DNA of 64,000 bases from Parcubacteria group bacterium LiPW_15 (GCA_007375645.1 VMER01000001.1:273211-337210), one strand, 5' to 3'. Shown: positions 18,844-27,861, counted from the stretch's first letter. The notes: generated by a model not told the origin, from the sequence alone. Numbers and translations are program-made.

Positions 18844-19074
18844 TTATCCGACCACCTCCGCGCTATAGCCGAGTTTCTTTATTATCTCCACTATTTTCTC
18901 GGGCGAAACCAGTTTTTCGTCAAAAGTCACTTCGGCCTCTGATTTCGCAAAGCTTGCCTTCACTTTTTTTACTCCCGGAGTGTCTTCCAACTCCCCCTCT
19001 ATATTCATAATGCAGCTCGTACAATGAAGCCCCTGGAGATTTAATTTAATTGTTTTGATATTTTCTTCTGTCAT
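18844..19074 (-). CDS. copZ: Copper chaperone CopZ (heavy-metal-associated domain)
   Basis: GLHCTSC = GMxCxxC metal-binding motif; 76 aa. Confidence 0.85.
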   Translation of the reverse strand: MTEENIKTIKLNLQGLHCTSCIMNIEGELEDTPGVKKVKASFAKSEAEVTFDEKLVSPEKIVEIIKKLGYSAEVVG

Positions 19075-19088
19075 ATTTTTTGGTTTTT

Positions 19089-19116
19089 CTATCCACCATT
19101 CTCTATCTACTATCTA
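19089..19116. repeat. Four tandem heptamers CTATC(C/T)A immediately upstream of copZ
   Basis: ctatcca ccattct ctatcta ctatcta. Confidence 0.65.
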
Positions 19117-19131
19117 CCGGCAATTATTGTC

Positions 19132-20196
19132 TTACTGGACAATAATTGTGCCTCTATACATCCCCATCGAACACATAAAAGGAATTGTGGTCGGTTTGTC
19201 GGGCGCGGTAAATTCCAAAGTTTGCGAAGTCCCTGGCGGCACGGAAGCGCGGAGATTCAAGCTCGGAATAACAAAGCTCTGCGCACAGCTATAGCCATCG
19301 TCATTTTTTAAAGTTATTTTAACTTTCTCCCCCGCTCCGACGTAAAGCGTCTTCGGACTATAACCATAAGAATTAATAGCAATGGTGGGATTATTGTTGG
19401 TTTCGTTATTGAAACCAGACCCATTATTTGCAGGTCCGTAGTTATCACCCGGTACAGGTTCCACAAAATAATTCGGCTTATTTAAAGATTCCCAGACGCT
19501 CACAAAGTTCGGCACTCCCGCCAAGGCCAGCGCTCCATTCAAACTGAATAGCGCCAGAAAGATTATTGCCACCGCCGCGAACTTATAGAACTTTTTCTGC
19601 ATCGAGTCTCCCATCTTGGTCACGAAATATCCCAGGATGAAAAACAAGGGCGTGGTTCCCAAAATGAAGGCAAAGAGGATTGCCATTCCGGAAAATGCTT
19701 TACCGGAAGAGATCGCGAGAGCCATCATCGCCTGCGTCGTCCCGCACGGGATAAATATGGTAAGCGCTCCCAAGATTGCCGGAGCGAAGATGGATTTTGA
19801 CTTGGCCTGGCTCCTCAGCCTTCGGGTCAAGAACCTGGGCGGTTGGATAATAAAATAGCGGAAAATGGGATGCAGGTTTAACAAATTTCCCGCAGTGCCC
19901 AGCATGAAGATGATTACCGCAAATTGTAAAGCCACGCTTGCGCCAACCGACAACTCCAAGGCCGATCCCAAAAGTCCCAGAAGAAGTCCTAATATAGTGT
20001 AAGCAACGAGCTTCGCGCTCAAGAACCAGAGGATAGGCATGGCCCCGGGGCGTTTTTTCTCGCCGTGTCCATCCCCTTCCTGCTGTTCCTCTTCCTCCTG
20101 CGCCATCGCGGTGGCCAAAAGCCCGCCTTGTACGGCAAGGCAGGTCAATCCCCCGGTTAGAAGTCCTGTTCCAAAAATTACAAATAGGTTTGGCAT
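19132..20196 (-). CDS. Membrane protein with a DsbD_2-like Cys-containing TM domain plus C-terminal cupredoxin-like domain (probable copper handling)
   Basis: TM Cys motifs GGLTCLAVQGG and IFIPCGTTQAMM; Glu/His-rich loop; C-terminal LYVGAGEKVKITLKNDDG...FMCSMGMYRGTIIV resembles cupredoxin_1. Confidence 0.55.
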   Translation of the reverse strand: MPNLFVIFGTGLLTGGLTCLAVQGGLLATAMAQEEEEQQEGDGHGEKKRPGAMPILWFLSAKLVAYTILGLLLGLLGSALELSVGASVALQFAVIIFMLGTAGNLLNLHPIFRYFIIQPPRFLTRRLRSQAKSKSIFAPAILGALTIFIPCGTTQAMMALAISSGKAFSGMAILFAFILGTTPLFFILGYFVTKMGDSMQKKFYKFAAVAIIFLALFSLNGALALAGVPNFVSVWESLNKPNYFVEPVPGDNYGPANNGSGFNNETNNNPTIAINSYGYSPKTLYVGAGEKVKITLKNDDGYSCAQSFVIPSLNLRASVPPGTSQTLEFTAPDKPTTIPFMCSMGMYRGTIIVQ

Positions 20197-20219
20197 TGGA
20201 TTAGCTTAATTGTTTTTTA

Positions 20220-21314
20220 TTATTTTAAATTAAATGAGGTTTTGGCTTGTTTGCTTCTAGAGTAAAACGGATGGCCGGTCTTTAATGCTTTCATCATTTT
20301 CTCGGTATCGGATGGCAGATCTATCAAAAATCTTTTTGTCACACCCAGCATGTATTTCTCGTGATCCCGATATGTTCTCGCCTTCCCGTAGGACGCTGAA
20401 AGACCCTTAAAACCGTAACCCTTTCCAAAAACTTTTTTGAATATCCAAATTGCCCGCTCCATATGATAATCGGACGTTATGAGCCAAATCTTTCCCTTGA
20501 CCTTCATTTTCTCGACTATCTGCTTTGAAAATACTGCGTTGCCGATCGTATCTTTGGATTTTTCTTCCAAGATAATATTTTTCTCCGATATTCCGTTCTT
20601 CAGCAGATAATTTCTCATTGCCCCGGCCTCGGTTATGGGCGGTTTCTTTTTTAGCGAACCGTTAAACCCTCCGCTCAAGATAACCTCAAAAGGAGAAAGT
20701 TTACCCGAAACTTTCAAAAATAGATCCAACCGTTCTTTGCCGCCTCTGATCGGTTTGCCGGCATGGCTGACCCCTCCTCCGAGAACTATTACGATATTCT
20801 TCGGACCGCTGTTTTTATTAACATCCACATAGTATCGCCTTATCATCCTGCCCTTGTTCATTAATTTGTCTTTGAGAACTCCACCGTTGGCCTCGATTAT
20901 TTTCCAAGAACCGACGTTGTCGTCATCGCAAGTGATAAGCGCCTTTTTAATACCCATCTTTTTTATCTTCTTTAAGGCCAGCGCCAGGATCTTTGTTCCG
21001 TATCCTCTTTTGCGCTTCGAAGGACGGATTCCGTAGCCGACATGCCCGCCCTCTTTTGTAAGCTTTGCGTTTAGCCTGTGCCGAATAGTGGTCTCCCCGA
21101 TAAACCGATTCCCATCCATCATCCAGTAGCTCGTGCACGGCACGTACCCTTTTTTGAGATATTTGTTGCTGTACATTTTAAGAAGATAGGTCTTAAAATC
21201 CCGCTCCATTTCTTGGATTCTCTTCTCTGTCGTCTCGCCTTTCCGCGTGGATTCCCGCTCGCTCGCGAGATATTCTTTCTTATATTTAATTGTCGGCTTG
21301 ATCAGGCGAAGCAT
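20220..21314 (-). CDS. Fusion protein: N-terminal GNAT acetyltransferase domain + C-terminal DUF218 (YdcF/ElyC-like) domain
   Basis: GNAT: HVGYGIRPSKRKRGYGTKILALAL. DUF218: IVIVLGGG...ILSGG...SKDTIGNAVFS...LITSDYHMERA. Confidence 0.65.
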   Translation of the reverse strand: MLRLIKPTIKYKKEYLASERESTRKGETTEKRIQEMERDFKTYLLKMYSNKYLKKGYVPCTSYWMMDGNRFIGETTIRHRLNAKLTKEGGHVGYGIRPSKRKRGYGTKILALALKKIKKMGIKKALITCDDDNVGSWKIIEANGGVLKDKLMNKGRMIRRYYVDVNKNSGPKNIVIVLGGGVSHAGKPIRGGKERLDLFLKVSGKLSPFEVILSGGFNGSLKKKPPITEAGAMRNYLLKNGISEKNIILEEKSKDTIGNAVFSKQIVEKMKVKGKIWLITSDYHMERAIWIFKKVFGKGYGFKGLSASYGKARTYRDHEKYMLGVTKRFLIDLPSDTEKMMKALKTGHPFYSRSKQAKTSFNLK

Positions 21315-21316
21315 AT

Positions 21317-23656
21317 TTATAGTTTTATTCTTTTTAGCCTTAGCGAATTGGCGACCACAGAGATAGAACTCATGGCCATCGCGGCGGAGGCGAATATGGG
21401 GCTTAAGAGTATCTCGAAAAATGGATACAAAGCGCCCATCGCCACGGGGATAAGGACTATATTATAACCGAACGCCCAGAAAAGATTGCCTCTAATTATT
21501 CCCATCGTCCGGCGGGAAAGCTTGATAACATTCGCGACCGAATCCAAATTCTTATTAACCAAGGTGATATTCGCCGCTTCAATTGCTACATCCGTACCCG
21601 TACCCATCGCGAGACCTACGTTCGCGGCCGCGAGAGCCGGAGCGTCGTTTATTCCGTCCCCTACCATCGCCACAATCTTTCCTTCTGCCTGAAGTTTTTT
21701 AATTATCGCTTCTTTTTCTGTGGGCAGCACTTCCGAAATTATCCGTTCTATCCCAAGCTCTTTGCCGATAGCTTCTGCCGTGCGTTTATTGTCTCCGGTA
21801 AGCATCACAGTCTCTACTCCCATTTGTCGGAGTTTTTCTATCGCCTCCTTCGCGCTCGCTTTCGGCCGGTCGGAAACCGCAACAAGTCCTATAAGAGATT
21901 TATTGAGCGCCAAATACATCACGGTTTTTCCTCCTCGTTCCAATTTATCCGCAATTTCGGTTGCCGAGATGGACTCCTTGTCCGCCGATGAAACGGAAAC
22001 CCCCAGTTCATCCATTAACTTTTTATTCCCGAAATATATATTCCTCCCTCCATGAGTCGCCTGAACGCCTTTCCCCGGAATAGCCCTGAATCCCTCAAGC
22101 CGCGAGAGAGCAAAACTTTTGGGTAACGTATTTTCAGCATGTTTCACTATCGCCTCGGCCAAGGAATGCTCTGAACCCTTCTCGATCGCGGCGGCCAATT
22201 CCAAAACCTGATTCTCAGTCATCCCAAACCCGACTATATCCGTGACCTCGGGCTTCCCTTCGGTAAGTGTGCCGGTCTTATCAAAAACGATTGCGTTTAC
22301 TTTGTGCGCGGTCTCCAGGCTCTCCGCGTCTTTAATTAAGATTCCATGTTCCGCACCAAGCCCCGTGCCCACCATGATTGCCGTAGGCGTCGCGAGTCCC
22401 ATAGCGCAAGGACAAGCGATGATAAGGACTGCCACGGCGTTTAAAATGGCGAGCAAGAGCCCCGCCTGCCCTGAGCTTGTCGAAGGGCCCAGGTCATACC
22501 ACAAAACGAACGTTAATATAGAGAGCATTATGACTATCGGCACGAAATACGAGGAAATTGTGTCGGCAATGCGCTGAATCGGCGCCTTGCTCCCCTGCGC
22601 TTCCTCTACCAGTTTAATAATTTGCGCGAGCATGGTATCCGCGCCAATCTTCTCCGCGCGAAAAAGAAAGCTGCCGGTTTTATTTACGGTCGCACCGATG
22701 ACTTTACTTCCCACGGATTTGTCCGAAGGAATGCTCTCGCCCGTGACCATAGATTCATCAATAGATGATTCCCCTTCTATAATTACGCCGTCCACAGGGA
22801 TCTTTTCGCCGGGACGCACGCGGATAATATCGCCGATCTTTACTTGTTCCACCGGTATGTCTGTTTCTTGTGGAACAACCCCATGGGAACCGAAAGGTTT
22901 CCCATCGGGGTAATACAAAACTCTCGCCGTCTTTGCCTGAAGCCCGATAAGCTTCTTTATAGCTTCCGAAGTTCCCGCTTTGGCCCGAGCCTCGAAATAA
23001 CGCCCAAGGAGTATGAGACCGATAACTAAGGTGGAAACATCGAAATACGGCATTGCTTCCACTCCGGCAGAAGTTATGATGCCTGGAAAAAATACCGCAA
23101 AAACGGAATACAAAAAGGCCACGCTTGTGCCGATGGCCACAAGTGAGTCCATATTTGCACTTCTGTGTCTTAGCGCCCTGCCCGTAGCCTTATAGAATCC
23201 CCAAGCCGCCCAAAACTGCACGGGAATGGCCAGCGCCAACTGCACATAAACATTTTTTAATATCTCCGGCGCGAAATTCACAAGCCCCGGAAAACTACCC
23301 CAAAGAATGAGTGCGCCGGCAACCAAGGCAACGCAGGTGCGGTTCAATAGATCTCTTTGCGCCTTTTGTTTTTCTTTTTTAATATCCCCTTCGTGCATGC
23401 TGGCGTCTTCGAGCATCGCCTCGTAGCCGACGTTCGAAACAGCCGACAAAATATCCGTGTCTTTGACCTTAAGGGCGTCATACGAAACCGTGGCTTTCTC
23501 GGTCGCCAAGTTTACGACAGCCGAGTTTACCCCGGGCACCTTTCTAAGCGACCGCTCGATAGTAGAGACGCACGAAGCGCAATGCATGCCTTTTATCGGA
23601 TATGTTTTCCGCGCCAGCGCCCCGTTAGAAGTTTTATCGGTCATCGGTTTATCCAT
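21317..23656 (-). CDS. copA: Copper-translocating P1B-type ATPase
   Basis: N-terminal HMA GMHCASC; CPC motif [11 protein letters not shown]; DKTGTLT phosphorylation site; GDGINDAP. Confidence 0.92.
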   Translation of the reverse strand: MDKPMTDKTSNGALARKTYPIKGMHCASCVSTIERSLRKVPGVNSAVVNLATEKATVSYDALKVKDTDILSAVSNVGYEAMLEDASMHEGDIKKEKQKAQRDLLNRTCVALVAGALILWGSFPGLVNFAPEILKNVYVQLALAIPVQFWAAWGFYKATGRALRHRSANMDSLVAIGTSVAFLYSVFAVFFPGIITSAGVEAMPYFDVSTLVIGLILLGRYFEARAKAGTSEAIKKLIGLQAKTARVLYYPDGKPFGSHGVVPQETDIPVEQVKIGDIIRVRPGEKIPVDGVIIEGESSIDESMVTGESIPSDKSVGSKVIGATVNKTGSFLFRAEKIGADTMLAQIIKLVEEAQGSKAPIQRIADTISSYFVPIVIMLSILTFVLWYDLGPSTSSGQAGLLLAILNAVAVLIIACPCAMGLATPTAIMVGTGLGAEHGILIKDAESLETAHKVNAIVFDKTGTLTEGKPEVTDIVGFGMTENQVLELAAAIEKGSEHSLAEAIVKHAENTLPKSFALSRLEGFRAIPGKGVQATHGGRNIYFGNKKLMDELGVSVSSADKESISATEIADKLERGGKTVMYLALNKSLIGLVAVSDRPKASAKEAIEKLRQMGVETVMLTGDNKRTAEAIGKELGIERIISEVLPTEKEAIIKKLQAEGKIVAMVGDGINDAPALAAANVGLAMGTGTDVAIEAANITLVNKNLDSVANVIKLSRRTMGIIRGNLFWAFGYNIVLIPVAMGALYPFFEILLSPIFASAAMAMSSISVVANSLRLKRIKL

Positions 23657-23735
23657 TTGTCTTATCTAATTGAAAAATAATTGATTAATATATTTGCCCC
23701 GCCCCTAAACTTCTAAGCGGGGTATCGGGACCAAC

Positions 23736-23858
23736 CTACATATTCATATGTTCCTCCGCGGTCATCTCCGGCATCGCATCCTTCTTTTTTCCGAAAAAGA
23801 ACCAGGCGACAAACGCCATAAGTATCACTCCTACGATTGTTACGATAATTTTATCCAT
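23736..23858 (-). CDS. Possible 40-aa single-TM peptide (MDKIIVTIVGVILMAFVAWFFFGKKKDAMPEMTAEEHMNM) between csoR and copA
   Basis: Unlisted short ORF, ATG start, hydrophobic N-terminus and Met/His/Glu-rich tail; weak SD. Confidence 0.25.
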   Translation of the reverse strand: MDKIIVTIVGVILMAFVAWFFFGKKKDAMPEMTAEEHMNM

Positions 23859-23865
23859 GTATTTC

Positions 23866-23900
23866 TACCTACTACATACTACTCACTACTCACTACCTAC
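23866..23900. repeat. Five tandem heptamers CTAC(C/A/T)(T/C)A spanning the csoR stop / downstream spacer
   Basis: ctaccta ctacata ctactca ctactca ctaccta. Confidence 0.65.
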
Positions 23901-24165
23901 TGTTTTTAAGTATCTCCGCCAACTCTTTTACCGCTTTCTCCCCTTCTCCTCTTTTAATCATACCAGCCGCGCAAGTTTTTAAATGATTCTCCAAAAGCAC
24001 CTCGTCGGTCGCCCGGAGGGCCTTCTGCACCGCCTGGGACTGCAAAATAACGTCTATGCAGTAGGCGCCGGATTCCACCATATCTATAACCTTCTTCAGA
24101 TGCCCCAAAGAGATCTTATATCTGTGCTCAATCCTCTCTTTGCTGGTCGCGGGTTTAAATGTCAT
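23893..24165 (-). CDS. csoR: CsoR/RcnR-family copper-sensing transcriptional repressor
   Basis: GHLKKV...YCIDVILQSQAV..AL matches the CsoR C-H-C metal site region. Start set at MTFKP (24165); the ORF-track extension to 24294 is rejected. Confidence 0.75.
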   Translation of the reverse strand: MTFKPATSKERIEHRYKISLGHLKKVIDMVESGAYCIDVILQSQAVQKALRATDEVLLENHLKTCAAGMIKRGEGEKAVKELAEILKNSR

Positions 24166-24175
24166 AAAACCAGTA

Positions 24176-24196
24176 TATCCCCCCATGGGGGATATG
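24176..24196. promoter_or_regulatory. Putative CsoR operator: G/C-tract pseudo-palindrome ATATCCCCCC-ATG-GGGGATAT just upstream of csoR
   Basis: Seen directly; known CsoR operators are ATACCC..GGGTAT-type G-tract palindromes. Confidence 0.55.
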
Positions 24197-24207
24197 TAAA
24201 GCGCCTG

Positions 24208-24321
24208 CTTTGTGCATATCTTTGATACGCAAACAAAGCCAGTGCCGAGTACTCGCGGCGTCCCGTTTTGTGCAAATCTTTGATTCGCAAACAAGAACGC
24301 AATCCCGAGTATTCCCTCGGG
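24208..24321. repeat. Imperfect tandem direct repeat, 2 x ~57 bp (tttgtgca.atctttgat.cgcaaacaa...cgagta.tc), in the csoR leader
   Basis: Copy 1 at 24208-24265, copy 2 at 24266-24321, about 75% identical. Confidence 0.7.
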
Positions 24322-24484
24322 AGGCTGCAGAAACTATTGCTCGGGGACGGCAATCCCGCTCCAGCGGCAAAATTGCCTATATTCCAACCCGCGAATCCCC
24401 CGTCGGGGAACCTATCTTCGCGGATTTCCATAATCCCCTATGCAATTAGTTTCCTCCGCGAGGCAGAGACTATAAAACGCTCAA

Positions 24485-24988
24485 TTATTCTCTAATCGAA
24501 ATTAGGCGCCCTTGCTCCGGTTCAAGTTCAATACGAAAAAGATATTGGTAGCCATAACGTTTTTTCATGTCAATCAACTTTAGTTCATCTATTCTCCTAT
24601 TCTTTCGATTCCAGTGACCCTTCACCTCAATAGCCACCAAATTATTTTCTGGCGAATTTCTTTCCCCGCGATCTGGTGTCCGCCGGTGGATGATTATATC
24701 TGGGAATATACTATCCCCACCAGAATTCTTCTTTGTAACTTGACCGTCTCGGTTATATTCGATATCAACATTCCAAGTTTTAAAATATGGTTTTAGATAG
24801 TTGGTTAGATGTGCGGAAATGGATTCCTCTTCGGCCTCAACCCTTATCAAGCCAAAATCATCTTTGTATAAGTTTGATAATGCCTGCGTTATGCACATCG
24901 CTATCTCTGCCTCGGTCATAGGATGAATACAAAATATTATTTTATTTAAAATTTCTGCGTAGCAGGTACAAATTCCGTCCAAAAACAA
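24485..24988 (-). CDS. Small PD-(D/E)xK (restriction-endonuclease-fold) nuclease; candidate effector of the ATPase operon
   Basis: Motif ...VDIEYNRDG...SIFPDIIIHRR(x19)LVAIEVKGHW = E ... PD ... EVK. 14 nt downstream of the ATPase gene. TTG start at 24988 (alternative ATG at 24919). Confidence 0.55.
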   Translation of the reverse strand: MFLDGICTCYAEILNKIIFCIHPMTEAEIAMCITQALSNLYKDDFGLIRVEAEEESISAHLTNYLKPYFKTWNVDIEYNRDGQVTKKNSGGDSIFPDIIIHRRTPDRGERNSPENNLVAIEVKGHWNRKNRRIDELKLIDMKKRYGYQYLFRIELEPEQGRLISIRE

Positions 24989-25002
24989 AGTTGAAATTAT
25001 AT

Positions 25003-26760
25003 TTATATCTCTCTATATTCCTGCCTAAGAAATGGGGCTTCCCTAGTAAACGTAGCCCTAACCTTCTTGCGATAATCAAAGTCAAAATCTTTTACCGACG
25101 AATCAAACTCGTCTTTGTTTATTGTTACGATGTATTGGAATTTAGGTTTCTTAAGTGAAGCAGCATTAAGATAATTTAAGGCTCTACTCATATCATCCTT
25201 GCCCACAGAAGCAAAAATGTTGTCGTGGATTAGGAAGCCAAGGTGTCTCTTGGAAGTATAAGTATTAAGCATCAGGAGAACGTCGTAAATAAAAGTCTTA
25301 ATGCGATTTATGCCAGAACTTCCATCTAGTTTTATCCTGTAATCAAAATTTATGAATTCTTTGCCTTTTTCATTAACTTCGATTTGGAAATGGTATGCCT
25401 TATTGCCAGCAATAAACTCGTGGATCTGTTCCAAGTCTTTTCTGAAAGATTCTATTTTTATCGATAGGCCAATGAGCTGCGCATCTAATGCCTCTATAGC
25501 AGCTTGTCTCTCGCGCATAATTCTTTTATGCTCCCCTTTCTTGGTAGTAAGCATATTATATGCAGAAGAAAGCTTATCCAGCTCGCTGTTTTTTTCTCGG
25601 AAAATGATAATTGCACTTTTCAGCTCTTCTATTCTTTCGGGAGCTGTTGTTTTCGAATATATCTTCGCGATCTTTTCATCGAGTTCGTCTATGCGTATTT
25701 CTAGCTCATTTATCTCTTTATTCAAATCCTGAAGCTTTTCCGTCATCAGACCATTCTGAAATGCCTGAACTTCAAGCTGGAAAGCTTGAACTTCTTCAAA
25801 TGACTTGTTGACCAAATCTCCCAAGCCCTTTTTAAACTGGTTGTATATAGCTTTTATTTCGGCAGAATTTACTTTTTCAACCCTGGGCAAACTTTTAATC
25901 TGTCTTACAACATATTCTCTCGCAACCTTTTCGGAAACCAGCCTTCTAATTTCTTCTTCGAGATTTTTTAATTCTTGTTGTGTCTGAAGCACCGCTTCTC
26001 CTGGTTGTAATTTTTTAATCGAAAAATCCAACTTTTCGACCCTATCCCTCAGCTCGTTGAGATACACTTCAATATCTTTGGGGTCGACATTCTCTTGGCG
26101 AATGTCATCGCGCAAAGCCTTCATCACCTCGGTTATACTATCCAACTTTTTGTCAAAGCTCTTTATCTTGTCCACCAAGGCTAGATCAAAATCAAAGAAA
26201 TATAGATGCGGTTTAATTGCGTCCCCAAAATATCCCTTAGCCGACTCCGTGTAGGGGTAAAGTATATTGTTATACGAAGTTCTTTCGTCTCTGATAGCCA
26301 AAGATAACAAGCTGCGCAAGGAGGGTCTCTCCTTTATGGCTGAGTCCCTAAAGATTAGATCTTCCACATACTCTTTCGCATCTTCAGCTTTCTCGAACTC
26401 TTTTTCTTCCTGCGCATCAAACACAAAGACGTTATTTTTCTCACTAGTGCTCCTTTTTATTGTGAGAGCCTTGAGGGACTTATCGGTTTCTATCTCTAGT
26501 TCCAAGCATAGGAAAATTTGGGGGGATAAAACAGCGGAAGGAATTCTATCCACCCTGCTATTTTTTAGATCTTTGAACAAGCAAAAGTTAATCATTTCAA
26601 TGAGCATGGATTTCCCAACGCCATTCATCTTTTTTGCCTCTATCTGGTTCTCGTTCTTCTCAGATTCCTCCCCGATAATGAAATTCAAACCAGTAGAAAA
26701 TTCTATTGGCTGAATGTCGTTAAAGGTGGGTTCGAAGTAGAACTTTTTCAGGGTTATCAT
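25003..26760 (-). CDS. Coiled-coil ABC/SMC-like (RecF/Rad50-type) ATPase, 585 aa
   Basis: N-terminal GLNFIIGE...KMNGVGKSMLIEMINF (Walker A); ~350-aa heptad-rich Glu/Lys/Leu coiled-coil middle; C-terminal DGSSGINRIK (signature-like) and LGFLIHDNIF (Walker B). ATG overlaps the upstream gene stop (ATGA). Confidence 0.75.
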   Translation of the reverse strand: MITLKKFYFEPTFNDIQPIEFSTGLNFIIGEESEKNENQIEAKKMNGVGKSMLIEMINFCLFKDLKNSRVDRIPSAVLSPQIFLCLELEIETDKSLKALTIKRSTSEKNNVFVFDAQEEKEFEKAEDAKEYVEDLIFRDSAIKERPSLRSLLSLAIRDERTSYNNILYPYTESAKGYFGDAIKPHLYFFDFDLALVDKIKSFDKKLDSITEVMKALRDDIRQENVDPKDIEVYLNELRDRVEKLDFSIKKLQPGEAVLQTQQELKNLEEEIRRLVSEKVAREYVVRQIKSLPRVEKVNSAEIKAIYNQFKKGLGDLVNKSFEEVQAFQLEVQAFQNGLMTEKLQDLNKEINELEIRIDELDEKIAKIYSKTTAPERIEELKSAIIIFREKNSELDKLSSAYNMLTTKKGEHKRIMRERQAAIEALDAQLIGLSIKIESFRKDLEQIHEFIAGNKAYHFQIEVNEKGKEFINFDYRIKLDGSSGINRIKTFIYDVLLMLNTYTSKRHLGFLIHDNIFASVGKDDMSRALNYLNAASLKKPKFQYIVTINKDEFDSSVKDFDFDYRKKVRATFTREAPFLRQEYREI

Positions 26761-27002
26761 TTTTTCTTTAAAATATGAGGGCTTTTAAACAGTATGAGGT
26801 CGTTCATGAATAAAAACGTAACAGCATAAAGCATGGTTCTAAAGTTAAGTCCTCCGAGCTGCTTCCTTATTGTGGAATACAAATCAAAAATCGTAATGCT
26901 ATGCTTTTTATTAAGTAATTTCAATATCAAAAAACCCGTATACACGCTAGACGAGCGCACATCTTGTTCGGAAGATATCAGCAGGTTATTCTCGAGTTTC
27001 AT
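26757..27002 (-). CDS. 81-aa hypothetical protein, translationally coupled (ATGA overlaps on both sides)
   Basis: ORF with 4-nt overlaps at both ends; no recognisable motif. Confidence 0.5.
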   Translation of the reverse strand: MKLENNLLISSEQDVRSSSVYTGFLILKLLNKKHSITIFDLYSTIRKQLGGLNFRTMLYAVTFLFMNDLILFKSPHILKKK

Positions 27003-27535
27003 AGTTCAAGCGGGTTTGGGAAAATATTACACTTTACCAACTCATTAAAAAGATAAAATCGTACCGCCGCTTCGTCGTAATCTTCTTTTATCGGTAAGGC
27101 TTCAAAATGCTCAATCAGCTTCGCAGTTAGCTTGCTTAACGCAGTTATCGGGTTGTTCTCGGATTCTTTTAATACTTCTTCGCTTCTGCGTCTTAAGGTA
27201 ATAGCGATTTTATCGGCGGTAGTTTCCGAAATATCACTTTGTTTTAGCGCCTCTTGATAAAATGATCCATAGTGAGGGAGAAGATCGCTATATTCTTTTT
27301 TTAAGGCTTCTTTAAACTCTGAAAAATTATTTAACTTTTTGTCGATATCTTTTTCGCTCACTTCGCGGCTATCAGCAACCCCTTCCGACAGGACGGAGAG
27401 CACAGAGATGACTTTCATAATAGAGAGCATCTCCGTTGAGGCGTTCTGGGCAACCTTGCCTAAATAAACATTGCCGACAATATTCAACGCCCTATCTCCA
27501 CTACTTTTCTGAACATTTTTAATTTCCTCGCTCAT
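26999..27535 (-). CDS. 178-aa all-alpha-helical acidic protein (candidate middle/adaptor component)
   Basis: No TM; Glu/Lys-rich helical composition; its start overlaps the upstream gene by 17 nt. Confidence 0.5.
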   Translation of the reverse strand: MSEEIKNVQKSSGDRALNIVGNVYLGKVAQNASTEMLSIMKVISVLSVLSEGVADSREVSEKDIDKKLNNFSEFKEALKKEYSDLLPHYGSFYQEALKQSDISETTADKIAITLRRRSEEVLKESENNPITALSKLTAKLIEHFEALPIKEDYDEAAVRFYLFNELVKCNIFPNPLEL

Positions 27536-27713
27536 GGGAGTCGCTTTTTACAGAGTTTTCAGAAATTACATTTAAAGCGCTGTCTCCCTTAGACTGTTGT
27601 TTATTGACCTGCTTATTCTTCTGGCTCCTGACTGTGATGTGAGCGGTAATGCCCCCGCTAATTGCTCCGACAATCACGCTGATAATTAGATTCCAAATAT
27701 CCAAATTTTGCAT
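27519..27713 (-). CDS. 64-aa single-TM peptide, first gene of the operon
   Basis: MQNLDIWNLIISVIVGAISGGITAHI TM followed by a polar basic tail; ATG start. Confidence 0.4.
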   Translation of the reverse strand: MQNLDIWNLIISVIVGAISGGITAHITVRSQKNKQVNKQQSKGDSALNVISENSVKSDSHERGN

Positions 27714-27730
27714 ACATTAATTAAAGTCCA

Positions 27731-27748
27731 AATAGACTATGAAGTCTA
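27731..27748. promoter_or_regulatory. Perfect inverted repeat ATAGACT-atga-AGTCTAT in the divergent promoter region between the operon and the 27862 gene (candidate operator)
   Basis: Seen directly; 7-bp arms, 4-bp spacer. Confidence 0.4.
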
Positions 27749-27861
27749 TGGTGTCTAATACACATCACTGCTCGATATGCGCACCGGAGCTATTTACGCA
27801 CCGCCAAAAACATTATTTTTGGGAGTTTGCCTCAACGTCTCTTTGGGTGTAATTTTTAGGC

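Noticed and set aside
24155-24431. ORFs 24155-24370 and 24162-24431 (minus strand) upstream of csoR
   Set aside because: They lie within the csoR leader that contains the operator palindrome and the 57-bp tandem repeat. No start context, and the translations are Arg/Cys-rich. Treated as non-coding regulatory DNA.
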